Shown here: in pieces, positions 35,131-46,443 of the stretch
How positions within the stretch are numbered: position 1 is the first letter of the stretch
How the letters are laid out: each line of letters begins with the position of its first letter
Origin: Sedimentisphaerales bacterium
GTDB lineage: Bacteria > Planctomycetota > Phycisphaerae > Sedimentisphaerales > SM23-30
NCBI GenBank assembly: GCA_963663965.2
Contig: CAXXFK010000015.1
Coordinates: forward strand, 224,001 to 288,000
Reading direction: 5' to 3'
Length of the DNA stretch: 64,000 nt
Notes under the pieces: generated by a model
What the model saw: only the letters and a program-made list of their open reading frames with translations
Database searches by the model: none
What the model was told of the DNA's origin: nothing
Position numbers and translations under genes: made by a program

Positions 35131-36327
35131 TTATCCAATCTTTTCAGCTAACCGTTTTGCCAGTGCTAAATTGCGCTCGGCATAAATCTCTGTCACATCG
35201 GCACTTGAATGCCCAAGCATGACTTGGGCGGCCTCTAGGCCCATTTCGGCCCGTGCCAGTGTTGCGGCTGTGTGCCTGAGGTTATGGGGTGAGAAGTCGG
35301 GGATAGGTGGTCTGTTTTCTTTTTCAGCGGCTTTCTGAGCCCTTCTAAGTGCTCTCTGAACGGCTCTGCCATACGTCCCGGTCGTGTAATGGTCTGTCAA
35401 TTCTATCGGTAAGCGGCCTTGATTATTGGCCATGCCTTCTTCTGGCTTAAAGCAATAGTCATCCACCTTAAAGAGATATTTCTTTAAAACGACTTGAGCT
35501 TTGGGCCCAATGGGGATGATTCGTTTTTTGCCCAGATGCTTTGTCTTGTGGGTTGGCGGTTCGTACTCCCAGACGTGGCCAGCCATTTTTATATAACACG
35601 GCTTGAGCAGGACCAACTCGCCTGACCGCATACCCGTGAGCATTTGGATTCTCATCATGTCAGCGATGATTGGGGAAGCGTGGTCAGCTACCAGATTGAC
35701 AAAGTATTGAGAGACCGACGTAACGGGTTCGTGGTCCACAGCTTTTGACCGCCCCTGCTTCAGTCCGATCAGGCAGCGGAGAGATTCATAAACATGGACC
35801 GGGGCCAGTTCTTCATTGACTGCCCATAGGAACATTCGGCGAATAATATTGATTCTCTGATTGATCACCTTTCTACAAAGCCGGGGCCTAGGCTCTCCAT
35901 TTCTCTCTACAGTCATTTCGGTCATGGATTCCCGAAGCTCTTTGAGTGTGCGAAGCGAAAAGTCTTCCACCAGCATCGTCGGGCAAAATTCTGTCAGATG
36001 TCTCACTGCTATTTCTATATTCGCAGGTTCTTTTGAATTTTTGTAATATTCCTTGGCGAAGCTATTATAGCGAGCCACAAGGTCAGAAATTGTCCCGTTA
36101 TACGAAGAGTCCGGGTCTGACTTTCTTATGGCTTCCTGCCAAATATACTCCGCTACTTTTACTGCCACAGCATAGTCTTTGGTTGCGAACTGAGCCCCTA
36201 CGGGGATTAGTGGGTAGCTTTGGCGTTTGTCTGAGTTGGGCAATTTCACTTTCCAATGATACCGGCCATTACGTTCATAAATGGTTCCGGGCAGGTCTTT
36301 TGAGTTCAACATCTTCTTCATAGTCAT
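35131..36327 (-). CDS. Tyrosine recombinase / phage integrase
   Basis: TGMRSGEL (R), HK, HNLRH (HxxR), LGHS, T..Y; adjacent to tRNA. Confidence 0.95.
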   Translation of the reverse strand: MTMKKMLNSKDLPGTIYERNGRYHWKVKLPNSDKRQSYPLIPVGAQFATKDYAVAVKVAEYIWQEAIRKSDPDSSYNGTISDLVARYNSFAKEYYKNSKEPANIEIAVRHLTEFCPTMLVEDFSLRTLKELRESMTEMTVERNGEPRPRLCRKVINQRINIIRRMFLWAVNEELAPVHVYESLRCLIGLKQGRSKAVDHEPVTSVSQYFVNLVADHASPIIADMMRIQMLTGMRSGELVLLKPCYIKMAGHVWEYEPPTHKTKHLGKKRIIPIGPKAQVVLKKYLFKVDDYCFKPEEGMANNQGRLPIELTDHYTTGTYGRAVQRALRRAQKAAEKENRPPIPDFSPHNLRHTAATLARAEMGLEAAQVMLGHSSADVTEIYAERNLALAKRLAEKIG

Positions 36328-36372
36328 TTTTCTTGCTCCTGTTTGGATCGGTACTTCATAGTTTAAGGTAAA

Positions 36373-36405
36373 GTGTCACAATTTCAACCTCCATGTGTCA
36401 CAATT
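36373..36405. repeat. Tandem 11-bp repeats GTGTCACAATT (putative integrase arm-type sites)
   Basis: Copies at 36373-36383 and 36395-36405, between int and the tRNA. Confidence 0.65.
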
Positions 36406-36434
36406 CTAAAATACTAGAATAATAGACCAAAAGA

Positions 36435-36467
36435 AAACCTCCGTAAGTTTTTGTTCTACGGAGGTTT
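36435..36467 (-). terminator. Hairpin downstream of tRNA-Gly
   Basis: AAACCTCCGTA/TACGGAGGTTT stem. Confidence 0.6.
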
Positions 36468-36474
36468 ATGGATT

Positions 36475-36546
<72 letters not shown>

Positions 36547-36661
36547 AACTAATTTGTCAATAAGCTGTTAACAAAGCAGGACCATGCCTGCACGGAGTAT
36601 TATAGGTGAATCTTTGCAAATGTAAACAAAAAAACACTTGCAGAGAAATCAAGGGCGCGTA

Positions 36662-37909
36662 TTAATCGGAATTCAGATACTCATGTAGAATGGCAGTCGC
36701 TACACCCTGAATAAGACACTCTTCTCCTGATCGAGCCGGAATAATACGGATGGTTCGACCTTCGGAATCAAAAACCCCCTGATTTATTGCGTGATAAATC
36801 GCTTCGGATAGTTGCGGCATGATCTCGCGGCTGACATACCCCGCCAGCATAACGATATCCGGATCATAGCAATTGATTGCCATAGCGGCAACACGTGCGA
36901 TATATTGAGATACATTTTGACATAAGGCAACGGCATAGGGATCTTTATGCCGAATAGCGTTACCCCACGCTTCGATTATTTTTTCAGGGATATCTTCATT
37001 TTGCAGCGTCTGTTTAAGAACCGACTCCTGACTTTTCATATCTTGATGAATCTGCCGCGTTATTGCCGGACCAGACACATACGCCTCCAAACATCCCCGA
37101 TTCCCGCAACCACATAATGAACCATCCGGATTTATTGTTATATGACCAATCTCTCCGGTTCTTCCGGTAGCCCCTTGAGTCAGCTTTCCATCAATATAAA
37201 CACTTCCTCCTACACCGTTGGCAATATTGATGTACAACACGTTTTTGAAAGAATCCTGTTCGGCCAGGTTCATTTCCGCGAGCAATCGAACTCTCGTTGA
37301 ATGGACGGTAACCAGAATATCATTAAATCGTTCCTGCACCATCGAACGCAAAGGGATATTCTTCCAGCCCAACGGGCTGGACAGATGAACTTCACCATCA
37401 GGGGTTATGGATCCGCTTAAGGTAATCCCTATGCCGATCACTTTACTCGTGTCAGTTTTATGACGACCCAGCAACCCGCGAATATTGATTTCAATCAAAT
37501 CGTTAATTTGTTGCGGTAAATGCTGATCAAACGGAGAGATGGCAGAACGAACACTGTCAATCAACTGCGCGTTGAAATCGAACAACCCTACTGAAAGATG
37601 GCTTGGATTCACTTCGACGCCGATAATATACTGCCCCAGAGAATTAATACGAATCAGCACCGGTTTAGCGCCCCGTGAATGACTTTTCCCTGGTTCCTCC
37701 AATATTAATCCTTTATCTCGTAACCGTGCTACAGTATAACTGATGGTTGAACTATTCAACCCCGTCATCTGGCATAAACTAGTCTGGGTAACCTGGCGGC
37801 TGCGATGGAGCAGGGTTAATATCTTTTTTTCGTTTCGTAAACCGGGATTTTTGGTAAATCCCTGATTCTGGTTATTATTGACCTCTGATTGTTGAGATAA
37901 ATCATTCAT
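36662..37909 (-). CDS. ROK family transcriptional repressor
   Basis: N-terminal wHTH (GL..STIS..V..L...GLI.E), GEIGH, CGCGNRGCLE. Confidence 0.92.
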   Translation of the reverse strand: MNDLSQQSEVNNNQNQGFTKNPGLRNEKKILTLLHRSRQVTQTSLCQMTGLNSSTISYTVARLRDKGLILEEPGKSHSRGAKPVLIRINSLGQYIIGVEVNPSHLSVGLFDFNAQLIDSVRSAISPFDQHLPQQINDLIEINIRGLLGRHKTDTSKVIGIGITLSGSITPDGEVHLSSPLGWKNIPLRSMVQERFNDILVTVHSTRVRLLAEMNLAEQDSFKNVLYINIANGVGGSVYIDGKLTQGATGRTGEIGHITINPDGSLCGCGNRGCLEAYVSGPAITRQIHQDMKSQESVLKQTLQNEDIPEKIIEAWGNAIRHKDPYAVALCQNVSQYIARVAAMAINCYDPDIVMLAGYVSREIMPQLSEAIYHAINQGVFDSEGRTIRIIPARSGEECLIQGVATAILHEYLNSD

Positions 37910-38095
37910 AGATAGGTATGATAATTGAAAAATTACTGTAAAGCCAGTCAAAAATCATGTTGACATACAAATGTAAGTCATTAAATTACAACAAACAATA
38001 GAATAATATAATTTTTTCTTGCGAAACAAATGGTAATTGCATTATATTATCTCAAGTCTTGAGTTAATATAAATCCCAGAGGAGTTATAATTACA

Positions 38096-39361
38096 ATGAA
38101 AAAAACAAACGTACTGGTTGCTCAATCCGGCGGCCCTACGACAGCAATTAATGCCAGCGTATGTGGTGTCATTCAAGAGGCAATATCATCAGGAAAATTT
38201 GGTAAAATCTTCGGCGCCAGCAATGGGATTTTAGGCGTTCTGAAAGAAGATCTTTTTGATATCACTGCGGAAAAAAGCGAAACGATCGCCGCTTTAATGC
38301 GTACACCGGCCGCCGCCATTGGTTCTTGCCGGTATAAATTAAAAAGCCTCGATAAATCAAAGGCGGATTACGAACGTGTATTGGATGTTTTTAAAGCCCA
38401 CGATATCCACTATTTCTTTTATGCCGGTGGTAATGACTCCATGGACACCGCAGATAAAGTCAACAAACTGGCTGCCGATGCCAAATACGATCTGGTTTGC
38501 ATGGGAGTTCCCAAAACGATAGACAATGACCTGGCCTTTACGGACCACTGCCCCGGTTATGGCAGCGTCGCGAAATATGTCGCCACTTGCGCCATGGAAG
38601 CCGGAAAAGATACGGAGGCGCTTTATACCACGGATACCTGTACCATCCTTGAAGTGATGGGCCGGAATGCCGGATGGATCGCTGCGGCCAGCGGCCTGGC
38701 CCAACGGGAGCCACAAGATGCCCCCCACTTGATCTATCTGCCGGAAGTTCCGTTTGCATTCGAAAAATTGATCAGTGATGTCAAGACCGTATTACAAAAC
38801 TTTAAGCGCGTTTTCATCGTCGCCGGCGAAGGCTTAAAGGATGACAACGGGCAGTACGTGACCGCGGACAGCGGAGCGTTTGGCAAAGACAGCTTTGGTC
38901 ACGCCCAGTTGGGCGGTGTGGCCGAAATGCTCAAAGCGGTCATCGAAAAAGAGGTTGGCATCAAGACTCGTTTCAACAAATTAGGCACCAACCAGCGGAG
39001 CGCCATGCATTTCGCATCTTTAACCGATATTGAAGAATCCTACCAATGCGGCAGCATGGCTGTGCGGCATGCTCTCAACGGTGAAAACGGGAAAATGGTT
39101 ACCCTGGTTCGAAAAGACAGTTCAACTTATGAATGTACAACCGGACTTGCCGCACTTGCCGATGTAGCCAACGGCGAAAAATTTATGCCCCGTTCTTATA
39201 TTAATGCAGAAGGCAATCATATTACTCAAGCCATGAAAGACTACGTCCGCCCGCTGGTAATGGGTGAAGCGCCGGTTACCATTGGTCCGGATGGATTACC
39301 CGTCTATATGCGGTTTGAGCGGTTTCCGGTCGAAAAGAAATTACCCGAATACCATCCCTGA
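38096..39361 (+). CDS. PfkA-family kinase, PPi-dependent type
   Basis: QSGG, GGNDS, PKTIDND, EVMGRNAGW; Asp/Lys at the donor-specificity positions. Confidence 0.88.
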   Translation: MKKTNVLVAQSGGPTTAINASVCGVIQEAISSGKFGKIFGASNGILGVLKEDLFDITAEKSETIAALMRTPAAAIGSCRYKLKSLDKSKADYERVLDVFKAHDIHYFFYAGGNDSMDTADKVNKLAADAKYDLVCMGVPKTIDNDLAFTDHCPGYGSVAKYVATCAMEAGKDTEALYTTDTCTILEVMGRNAGWIAAASGLAQREPQDAPHLIYLPEVPFAFEKLISDVKTVLQNFKRVFIVAGEGLKDDNGQYVTADSGAFGKDSFGHAQLGGVAEMLKAVIEKEVGIKTRFNKLGTNQRSAMHFASLTDIEESYQCGSMAVRHALNGENGKMVTLVRKDSSTYECTTGLAALADVANGEKFMPRSYINAEGNHITQAMKDYVRPLVMGEAPVTIGPDGLPVYMRFERFPVEKKLPEYHP

Positions 39362-39371
39362 GAGAAAGGAT

Positions 39372-40202
39372 ATGAAACTCGTGACAGATCAATTATTTGA
39401 CGTATCCGGCAAAGTCGTCGCGATTACCGGTGGCGCCGGTGTTCTCTGTGCTTCCATGGCCAGAGAATTGGCTCGCCGCGAGGCTCGTGTAGCGGTCATC
39501 GACTACGACGTGATGCGCGCCAATGAATTATGCAAGGAAATCGAATCTCAGGGCGGCATGGCGATTCCGGTCGAAGCCAACGTTCTGGATCGCGGCAAAA
39601 TCCAGGAAGCCTTTGGCTGTGTCGTCGAAACCTATGGTAAAGTTGACGTATTAATCAATGGCGCCGGTGGCAATAAAAAAGAAGCGACTTGTGCTCCGCC
39701 GGTTGATTTTTTCGGTTTACCCGATGAAGCGATCCGCTGGGTTTTCGACTTGAACTGTTTGGGAACCATTATGCCCTCTCAGGTCTTCGGCCAGTATATG
39801 GCTCAGCAAGGAAGCGGCGTTATCATTAATATCGCTTCCATGAATGCCTATCGGCCATTAACCAATATCGCGGCTTACTCCGCCGCCAAAGCCGCCATTG
39901 CCAACTTTACCCAGTGGCTAGCCGTCTATATGGCACAACGTCACAATCCTGCTATCCGGGTTAATGCGATCGCACCGGGATTTTTCCTCACCCAGCAAAA
40001 TCAATTCCTGCTGGTTGACGAATCCTCCGGACATTGGACCTCGCGGGGAAATACCATCATCTCTCACACACCCATGGGGCGTTTCGGCGAGCCTGATGAA
40101 TTAATCGGAACGTTAATCTGGCTCATGAGTGAGGCCTCAAAGTTCGTGACGGGTATTGTCGTTCCTGTGGATGGCGGCTTCAGCGCCTTTAGCGGTGTAT
40201 AA
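39372..40202 (+). CDS. SDR-family D-mannonate oxidoreductase (fructuronate reductase)
   Basis: TGG.G.L, NGAGGN, YSAAK, NFTQWLA, PGFFLT.QN; uxaC context. Confidence 0.85.
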   Translation: MKLVTDQLFDVSGKVVAITGGAGVLCASMARELARREARVAVIDYDVMRANELCKEIESQGGMAIPVEANVLDRGKIQEAFGCVVETYGKVDVLINGAGGNKKEATCAPPVDFFGLPDEAIRWVFDLNCLGTIMPSQVFGQYMAQQGSGVIINIASMNAYRPLTNIAAYSAAKAAIANFTQWLAVYMAQRHNPAIRVNAIAPGFFLTQQNQFLLVDESSGHWTSRGNTIISHTPMGRFGEPDELIGTLIWLMSEASKFVTGIVVPVDGGFSAFSGV

Positions 40203-40237
40203 ATTTTCAGAAATCTTCGATAGTGAAAGGATATGAG

Positions 40238-41140
40238 ATGTCAGATCCAGCTCAAGCCCTGAAAGACTTGCAGCCCTCAAAACAATACCTCGTTGCGATC
40301 GATTCTGATGGTTGCGCGTTCGATACCATGGGCATTAAGCAACGTGAATGTTTCTGCCCCTGGATGATTGGCTATTTCGGCTTACAGCCAGTGGCACAGG
40401 CGGCACGAGAATGCAAAGATTTTGCCGACCTGTTCAGTAAAACTCGCGGAGCCAACCGCCATAAAACCATTGTGCGTATCCTGACCGAATTACTCCCAAC
40501 ACACCCTCAAGTGTTAGAACGCGGTTTTAAAGTGCCGGCATTCAAGTACTATTGCGAGTGGGCGAATAATCCCAAAAGTCTTCTGAGTAATGAAGGGTTG
40601 GTGGATGCTATCGATAATGCGTTAGATCCCCACCAGAAGGCAGAACTCGAGATGGTATTGGAATGGAGCAATAAAGTCAATGATTCCATTACCGAAATCG
40701 TTAAAGGGATGCCCCCCTTCCCCTATGTCCGGGAGTGCCTGAAAAAAATCTCCCAGGTGGCTGACATCATTGTCTGTTCAGCCACCCCTAACGAAGCGCT
40801 GAACCGCGAATGGGAGGAACACGGCATCGACGGCTATGTTCGCATCATTGCCGGCCAGGAACTGGGTTCCAAGGCTCAACAACTGGCAATTATGGCCGAT
40901 GGCAAATACGCTCTCGATAAAATCATCATGATCGGCGACGCCCCCGGTGACATGAAAGCGGCCCAGAGCAACAAGGTGCTTTTTTATCCGATCAATCCTG
41001 GTGATGAACCGGCCAGTTGGAAGCGCTTCCATGATGAAGCATTTGACAAATTCATGGCCGGTAATTACGCCGGCGACTATCAGGACCGGGTTATCGCCGA
41101 GTTTGACGCCTGCCTGCCCGTCGAACCCTCCTGGAAATAG
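40238..41140 (+). CDS. HAD-family hydrolase
   Basis: DSDGC motif I, IGDAPGD motif IV. Confidence 0.82.
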   Translation: MSDPAQALKDLQPSKQYLVAIDSDGCAFDTMGIKQRECFCPWMIGYFGLQPVAQAARECKDFADLFSKTRGANRHKTIVRILTELLPTHPQVLERGFKVPAFKYYCEWANNPKSLLSNEGLVDAIDNALDPHQKAELEMVLEWSNKVNDSITEIVKGMPPFPYVRECLKKISQVADIIVCSATPNEALNREWEEHGIDGYVRIIAGQELGSKAQQLAIMADGKYALDKIIMIGDAPGDMKAAQSNKVLFYPINPGDEPASWKRFHDEAFDKFMAGNYAGDYQDRVIAEFDACLPVEPSWK

Positions 41141-41149
41141 AGAAACCCC

Positions 41150-42451
41150 ATGCTATATTACGAACGTGGCAGCATAACGAATAACCTTACCCCTGGCGAT
41201 CTGAAAACCGGGTTGTGTCAGGCACTTGATAAACTGGGCAAACGAACAAAAGTCCTGGCCATACCCCCCGACATAACACGCTATCATTCAGGCGCGGGCT
41301 ATCTGACCCAATGTGCCTGGCAATATTATGGTTCGATCCTGACCGATATTCTGCCGGCGCTCGGTACCCATTATGCCATGACCGATCTGGAACGGATCAG
41401 AATGTTCGGCAATATTCCTTCCGAACTGTTTCGTATCCATAACTGGCGTGAAGATCTGGTGACACTGGGAAAAGTTCCCGCTGAGTATCTGCAACAGGTT
41501 AGTGAAGGCCGTGTCAGCTACGATTGGCCGGCTCAAGTTAATCGAATACTGGTGGAAGGTCAGTTCGACCTGATCCTGTCTCTGGGGCAGGTGGTTCCCC
41601 ATGAAGTGATTGGCATGGCCAATTATAACAAAAACATTTTTGTAGGAACCGGTGGACAGGAAGGAATCAACAAAAGCCACTTCCTGGGCGCCGCGTATGG
41701 TATGGAACGAATTATGGGCCGGGCCGATACCCCGGTGCGACGGGTATTAAACTATGCCTCGACGCATTTCGCCCGGGATTTGCCCATTGTTTATATACAA
41801 ACCGTTGTAGGGATGTCTGAAAACGGACTGGTCACTCGAGGTTTGTTCATTGGTGATGATATTGAATGTTTTGAGAAAGCCTCCGACTTGGCCTTGCAAG
41901 TCAATTTTACCTTGCTCGACAAGCCCATTCAGAAAGCCGTGGTCTACCTTGATCCCGCCGAATTCAAATCGACCTGGCTCGGCAACAAAAGCATTTACCG
42001 GACACGGATGGCCATGGCTGACCAGGGCGAACTGATTGTTCTGGCGCCAGGTCTAAAAGAATTTGGAGAAGATAAAGAAATCGATCGCCTGATCCGAAAA
42101 TACGGTTATGCCGGTACCCCCCGGGTTCTGAAATTAGTAGAAACCAACGATGATCTCAGGAATAATTTGAGTGCTGCCGCACATTTAATCCATGGATCTA
42201 GTGAAGGCCGTTTCAAAATCACCTATTGTCCAGGCGCTTTAACTAAACAGGAAATCGAATCGGTCCATTTCCAATATGCGGATTTAGCGGATATGCAAAA
42301 ACGTTATAATCCTGAAAAATTGAAAGATGGGTACAATACTGTGGGTGGAGAAGAGATTTTCTTCATCTCTAATCCAGGTCTGGGCCTGTGGTCTACTCGA
42401 GACCGTTTTCACAACAACTTATCAACAAACAGAATTATGGATAAACCATAA
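41150..42451 (+). CDS. LarA (lactate racemase)-family protein, putative D-mannonate/D-gluconate 2-epimerase
   Basis: PPD.TR, ALGTH, VVPHEV.G..N..K; operon context. Confidence 0.78.
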   Translation: MLYYERGSITNNLTPGDLKTGLCQALDKLGKRTKVLAIPPDITRYHSGAGYLTQCAWQYYGSILTDILPALGTHYAMTDLERIRMFGNIPSELFRIHNWREDLVTLGKVPAEYLQQVSEGRVSYDWPAQVNRILVEGQFDLILSLGQVVPHEVIGMANYNKNIFVGTGGQEGINKSHFLGAAYGMERIMGRADTPVRRVLNYASTHFARDLPIVYIQTVVGMSENGLVTRGLFIGDDIECFEKASDLALQVNFTLLDKPIQKAVVYLDPAEFKSTWLGNKSIYRTRMAMADQGELIVLAPGLKEFGEDKEIDRLIRKYGYAGTPRVLKLVETNDDLRNNLSAAAHLIHGSSEGRFKITYCPGALTKQEIESVHFQYADLADMQKRYNPEKLKDGYNTVGGEEIFFISNPGLGLWSTRDRFHNNLSTNRIMDKP

Positions 42452-42480
42452 ACTACAATAATCCTTCAGAGGAGTTAACT

Positions 42481-43932
42481 ATGAAAAAAGCCGATATAGC
42501 CGTCGTAGGTCTTGCCGTAATGGGTGAAAATTTGATTTTAAATATGGAAAGCAAAGGCTTTACTGTCGCCTGCTACAATCGAACCGTGTCTAAAGTCGAT
42601 GACTTTATGAATGGCCGGGCCAAAGGCAAAAATATTATTGGCTGTAAAAGTCCTGAAGAACTGGTTGCCTCTCTGGCTTCTCCTCGAAAAATCATGATCA
42701 TGGTAAAGGCGGGGGCGCCCGTTGATGCCTTCATTGAACAGATTCTACCGCTGCTCGACGATGGCGATATCCTGATCGATGGCGGTAACAGTCATTTTCC
42801 CGATACGGTTCGCCGTACGGACTATGTGGAAAGCAAGGGCAAATTGTATATCGGCACCGGTGTCTCCGGTGGCGAAGAAGGCGCGCTGCTGGGCCCGTCC
42901 ATCATGCCGGGTGGTTCACCGGCCGCATGGCAACATGTTAAACCGATTTTTCAGAAAATCGCTGCTCAGACCGATTCCGGCGAGCCCTGTTGTGATTGGG
43001 TGGGCGAAAACGGCGCCGGCCATTTTGTCAAAATGGTTCATAACGGTATCGAATACGGCGATATGCAGATGATCTGCGAAACGTATCAGATGATGAAACA
43101 CGGGCTTGGACTCACCAACGATAAAATGCATGAAGTGTTCTCCGCATGGAATCAAGGCGAACTCGATTCTTACTTGATTGAAATTACCCGGGATATCCTT
43201 GCTTATCGCGATGAGGAGGGACAGGCGACTCTGGATCTTATTCTCGACACCGCCGGCCAGAAAGGTACGGGTAAATGGACTGCCGTTGCTGCGCTTGACA
43301 CGGGTCAGCCTTTAACCCTGGTAACCGAAGCGGTTTTCGCGCGTTGCCTGTCCGCAATAAAAGGTGAGCGTGTCAACGCCGCCAAAGTCCTGAACGGCCC
43401 CGGCAAAGTCTTCCAGGGCGATAAAAAACAAATGATTGATGATCTGCGTCAAGCCTTATATGCGTCAAAAATAGTCAGTTACGCACAAGGCTACCAGTTG
43501 ATGCGGGCCGCGGCAGAAGAATACCAATGGAATCTCAATTATGGTGGCATTGCCCTGATGTGGCGTGGCGGTTGCATTATTCGTTCTGCCTTCCTGGGTA
43601 AAATCAAAGAGGCCTTTGATCAGAATCCTCAATTATGTAACTTGCTGTTGGATCCCTTCTTCCAGCAGGCCGTCACCAACGCGCAGGCCGCCTGGCGCCG
43701 CGTCGTTATTGCCGCGGTGGATATGGGTATCCCCATGCCGGCCATCAGTTCCGCTCTGGCTTATTACGATGGCTATCGTAGCGAAAGACTTCCCGCTAAT
43801 CTGCTTCAGGCACAACGTGACTATTTCGGCGCCCATACCTATGAACGCGTCGATAAACCTCGTGGTGAATTTTTCCACACCAACTGGACCGGCAGAGGCG
43901 GTACAACATCTGCGTCAACTTATATTGTTTAA
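42481..43932 (+). CDS. gnd: 6-phosphogluconate dehydrogenase, NADP-dependent, decarboxylating
   Basis: [36 protein letters not shown]. Confidence 0.97.
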   Translation: MKKADIAVVGLAVMGENLILNMESKGFTVACYNRTVSKVDDFMNGRAKGKNIIGCKSPEELVASLASPRKIMIMVKAGAPVDAFIEQILPLLDDGDILIDGGNSHFPDTVRRTDYVESKGKLYIGTGVSGGEEGALLGPSIMPGGSPAAWQHVKPIFQKIAAQTDSGEPCCDWVGENGAGHFVKMVHNGIEYGDMQMICETYQMMKHGLGLTNDKMHEVFSAWNQGELDSYLIEITRDILAYRDEEGQATLDLILDTAGQKGTGKWTAVAALDTGQPLTLVTEAVFARCLSAIKGERVNAAKVLNGPGKVFQGDKKQMIDDLRQALYASKIVSYAQGYQLMRAAAEEYQWNLNYGGIALMWRGGCIIRSAFLGKIKEAFDQNPQLCNLLLDPFFQQAVTNAQAAWRRVVIAAVDMGIPMPAISSALAYYDGYRSERLPANLLQAQRDYFGAHTYERVDKPRGEFFHTNWTGRGGTTSASTYIV

Positions 43933-43955
43933 AAAGATAAGGACAATCTTCAGCC

Positions 43956-45359
43956 ATGAATTTCATTCACGATAATTTTCTGCTGCGGAACAAAACGGCG
44001 CAAACCCTCTATCATGACTATGCCGAGAATATGCCCATCTTTGATTATCACTGCCATATTCCCCCGCAACAAGTGGCTGATGATGTCCAGTTTGAAACGA
44101 TCACACAGATCTGGCTGTATGGCGACCATTATAAATGGCGGGCCATGCGCTCTAATGGCGTCAGTGAGCGCTTTTGTACCGGCGACGCGAGTGACTGTGA
44201 AAAATTCGAACAATGGGCTCATACCGTTCCACATACCCTGAGAAATCCATTATATCACTGGACTCATCTCGAGTTGAAACGTTATTTTGGTATCGATGAT
44301 CTGCTGGGGCCGGATACCTGCTGTCAGATATACGATCACTGCAACCAAATGCTGAACACCCCGGATTTTTCAACCCGCAATATCTTGCGTCGTTCCAATG
44401 TAAAAGCCATCTGTACCACCGATGATCCGCTGGACAGCCTGGAGTATCATGCAAAAATCAAGAATGACCATTTCGAGATAAAAGTCCTGCCCACCTGGCG
44501 GCCGGACAAGGCCATGGCCACCAACAACATCCCCGGTCTGAATCGATGGATCGACAATTTGGCGGATCTGGCCGCAATCGACATTACTGATTTCAACCGA
44601 TATCTGGAAGCCATCCAGTTACGACATGACTTTTTTCATGCCCATGGATGCCGCCTGAGCGACCATGGTCTGGATACCGCCTATGCCGAAGATTACAACG
44701 CAAACGACATCGAATCCATATTTCAAAGCATCCGCAAAAACCAGACACTGTCTATCCTCCAGCATCGCCAGTTCCGTTCTGCCATGCTTTATGAATTCGG
44801 CAAAATGGACCATGCCCGCGCCTGGACTCAACAATATCATATCGGTGCCCTGCGTAACAACAATACTCGGTTGTATCAGGAACTCGGCCCGGATACTGGC
44901 TTCGATTCGATCGGCGATTTGGAAATCGCCCTTCCCTTGTCAAAAATGCTTGACCGGTTGGACCAGACCAATCAACTGGCGAAGACGATCCTCTATAATC
45001 TGAACCCTCGCGATAATGAGTTACTGGCTACCATGATCGGCAATTTCCAGGATGGCTCCTGTCCCGGGAAAATGCAATATGGCAGTGGCTGGTGGTTCCT
45101 CGACCAGAAAGATGGCATGATAAATCAGATCAATACCCTGTCTAACCTGGGGTTACTCAGCCGTTTTGTAGGTATGCTGACCGATTCTCGAAGCTTCCTG
45201 TCCTACCCCCGACATGAATATTTTCGCCGCATTCTATGTAATATTATCGGCAACGATGTTGAAAACGGCGAATTGCCATCCGACATAAACCTGCTGGGCG
45301 CTATGGTCCAGAATATCTGTTTTAACAATGCCAGAAACTATTTTGGTATTGAAATATAA
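43956..45359 (+). CDS. uxaC: Uronate (glucuronate) isomerase
   Basis: PIFDYHCH, GDHYKWRAMR, WWFLDQ, GMLTDSRSFLSYPRHEYFRR. Confidence 0.97.
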   Translation: MNFIHDNFLLRNKTAQTLYHDYAENMPIFDYHCHIPPQQVADDVQFETITQIWLYGDHYKWRAMRSNGVSERFCTGDASDCEKFEQWAHTVPHTLRNPLYHWTHLELKRYFGIDDLLGPDTCCQIYDHCNQMLNTPDFSTRNILRRSNVKAICTTDDPLDSLEYHAKIKNDHFEIKVLPTWRPDKAMATNNIPGLNRWIDNLADLAAIDITDFNRYLEAIQLRHDFFHAHGCRLSDHGLDTAYAEDYNANDIESIFQSIRKNQTLSILQHRQFRSAMLYEFGKMDHARAWTQQYHIGALRNNNTRLYQELGPDTGFDSIGDLEIALPLSKMLDRLDQTNQLAKTILYNLNPRDNELLATMIGNFQDGSCPGKMQYGSGWWFLDQKDGMINQINTLSNLGLLSRFVGMLTDSRSFLSYPRHEYFRRILCNIIGNDVENGELPSDINLLGAMVQNICFNNARNYFGIEI

Positions 45360-45361
45360 CC

Positions 45362-46093
45362 TTATTTAATTAATGAAATTCTTCGGGAAATGTTATTGCT
45401 ATATAACTGATAAGGTGATCTTAATTCGTTCCCAGTCATCCCTTGATAAATTGGCATGGAATTTGGCTTACTTACCAAAAGTGAATTGGTTGACTCAGTG
45501 GAAACTTGTCTATAAGAATTCAGAAAATTCCTTGGTTGCAAAGAGGGCAGGTATTTGGTTTCATCTTGAAGTATTGCATGGCTCACGTTATCCCTGGCCG
45601 GCATGATATTGTTAAGATTAGGGTTATAATTAATGGGCAACCGGTTCCTGGTTTGAATCACTCTGGATTCGGGATATCGGGGAGTTGATGAGACGTAATT
45701 TTTAAAACTTGATATGCCATTTGAATACGGATTTTGCGTTGAAGCCAATAAATTCGCAGATATTCGTGTACTGGTCCTGGATCTAAGTGGAGGATTAGCG
45801 GCTAAAGGGGGTGTATAGCCGCGTGCGGCACTTGAGCCCAAAATTGTATTAAAATTTCTATTCTCTGTATATCTTAATGGATTCGGCATGGATCGGTTTT
45901 GAAAAGTTTCAGGTAAACCATAAGAATAGGTTCTGAACAGCGAATTGGCCCCTGTGCCTACTGATACCCGAGGTGCCTGCACAGAACCCTGTGAGATAGA
46001 ATTCCCAAATACTTGCGCTGATACATCAGCAGTAAGTATGAAAAGTAGACTTATGAAAACAAATAAAACAAAATGTCTTTTCATATAATTCAT
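45362..46093 (-). CDS. Hypothetical exported Ser/Asn/Arg-rich protein
   Basis: Signal peptide-like MNYMKRHFVLFVFISLLFILTADVSA. Confidence 0.55.
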   Translation of the reverse strand: MNYMKRHFVLFVFISLLFILTADVSAQVFGNSISQGSVQAPRVSVGTGANSLFRTYSYGLPETFQNRSMPNPLRYTENRNFNTILGSSAARGYTPPLAANPPLRSRTSTRISANLLASTQNPYSNGISSFKNYVSSTPRYPESRVIQTRNRLPINYNPNLNNIMPARDNVSHAILQDETKYLPSLQPRNFLNSYRQVSTESTNSLLVSKPNSMPIYQGMTGNELRSPYQLYSNNISRRISLIK

Positions 46094-46298
46094 TCCAGTA
46101 ACTTCCAAAACTACAATTTTATTATACGATATTAATCTATTTGAATCAAATAGAAACATGTTTTTTGATCCACACCCAAAACCCGCCATAACTCGTTACT
46201 ATACAATTATTTACAATTACAACATCCAGATTGTTTCATTTTGTCTCCTACCGATAATTATCATATATAAAATAACTCTCAATATCTGATTAGATATA

Positions 46299-46327
46299 TT
46301 GACTGATTGGGTTAATATAGCTATAAT
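46299..46327 (+). promoter_or_regulatory. Sigma70-type promoter of the trp operon
   Basis: TTGACT-17-TATAAT. Confidence 0.8.
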
Positions 46328-46334
46328 AATGGGC

Positions 46335-46412
46335 ATGATTAATATTTTAGAAATTAATTCAAACAATTATTGGTGGTGGCGAAATTGGCAGACTGGCGGG
46401 TCTGGCGAATAG
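46335..46412 (+). CDS. trpL: trp attenuator leader peptide
   Basis: MINILEINSNNYWWWRNWQTGGSGE with four Trp codons, upstream of a terminator and trpE. Confidence 0.88.
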   Translation: MINILEINSNNYWWWRNWQTGGSGE

Positions 46413-46443
46413 CGCCTCGTTTATAGACACAAAATACCGAAAG

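Larger units (their letters stand above)
1..36474 (-). mobile_element. Integrated temperate tailed prophage (other end outside the window)
   Basis: Contiguous minus-strand integrase, replication, terminase, portal, capsid and tail genes ending at the 3' end of a tRNA-Gly gene. Confidence 0.95.

Noticed and set aside
1..36474. Diversity-generating retroelement or retron
   Set aside because: No reverse transcriptase and no template/variable repeat pair seen
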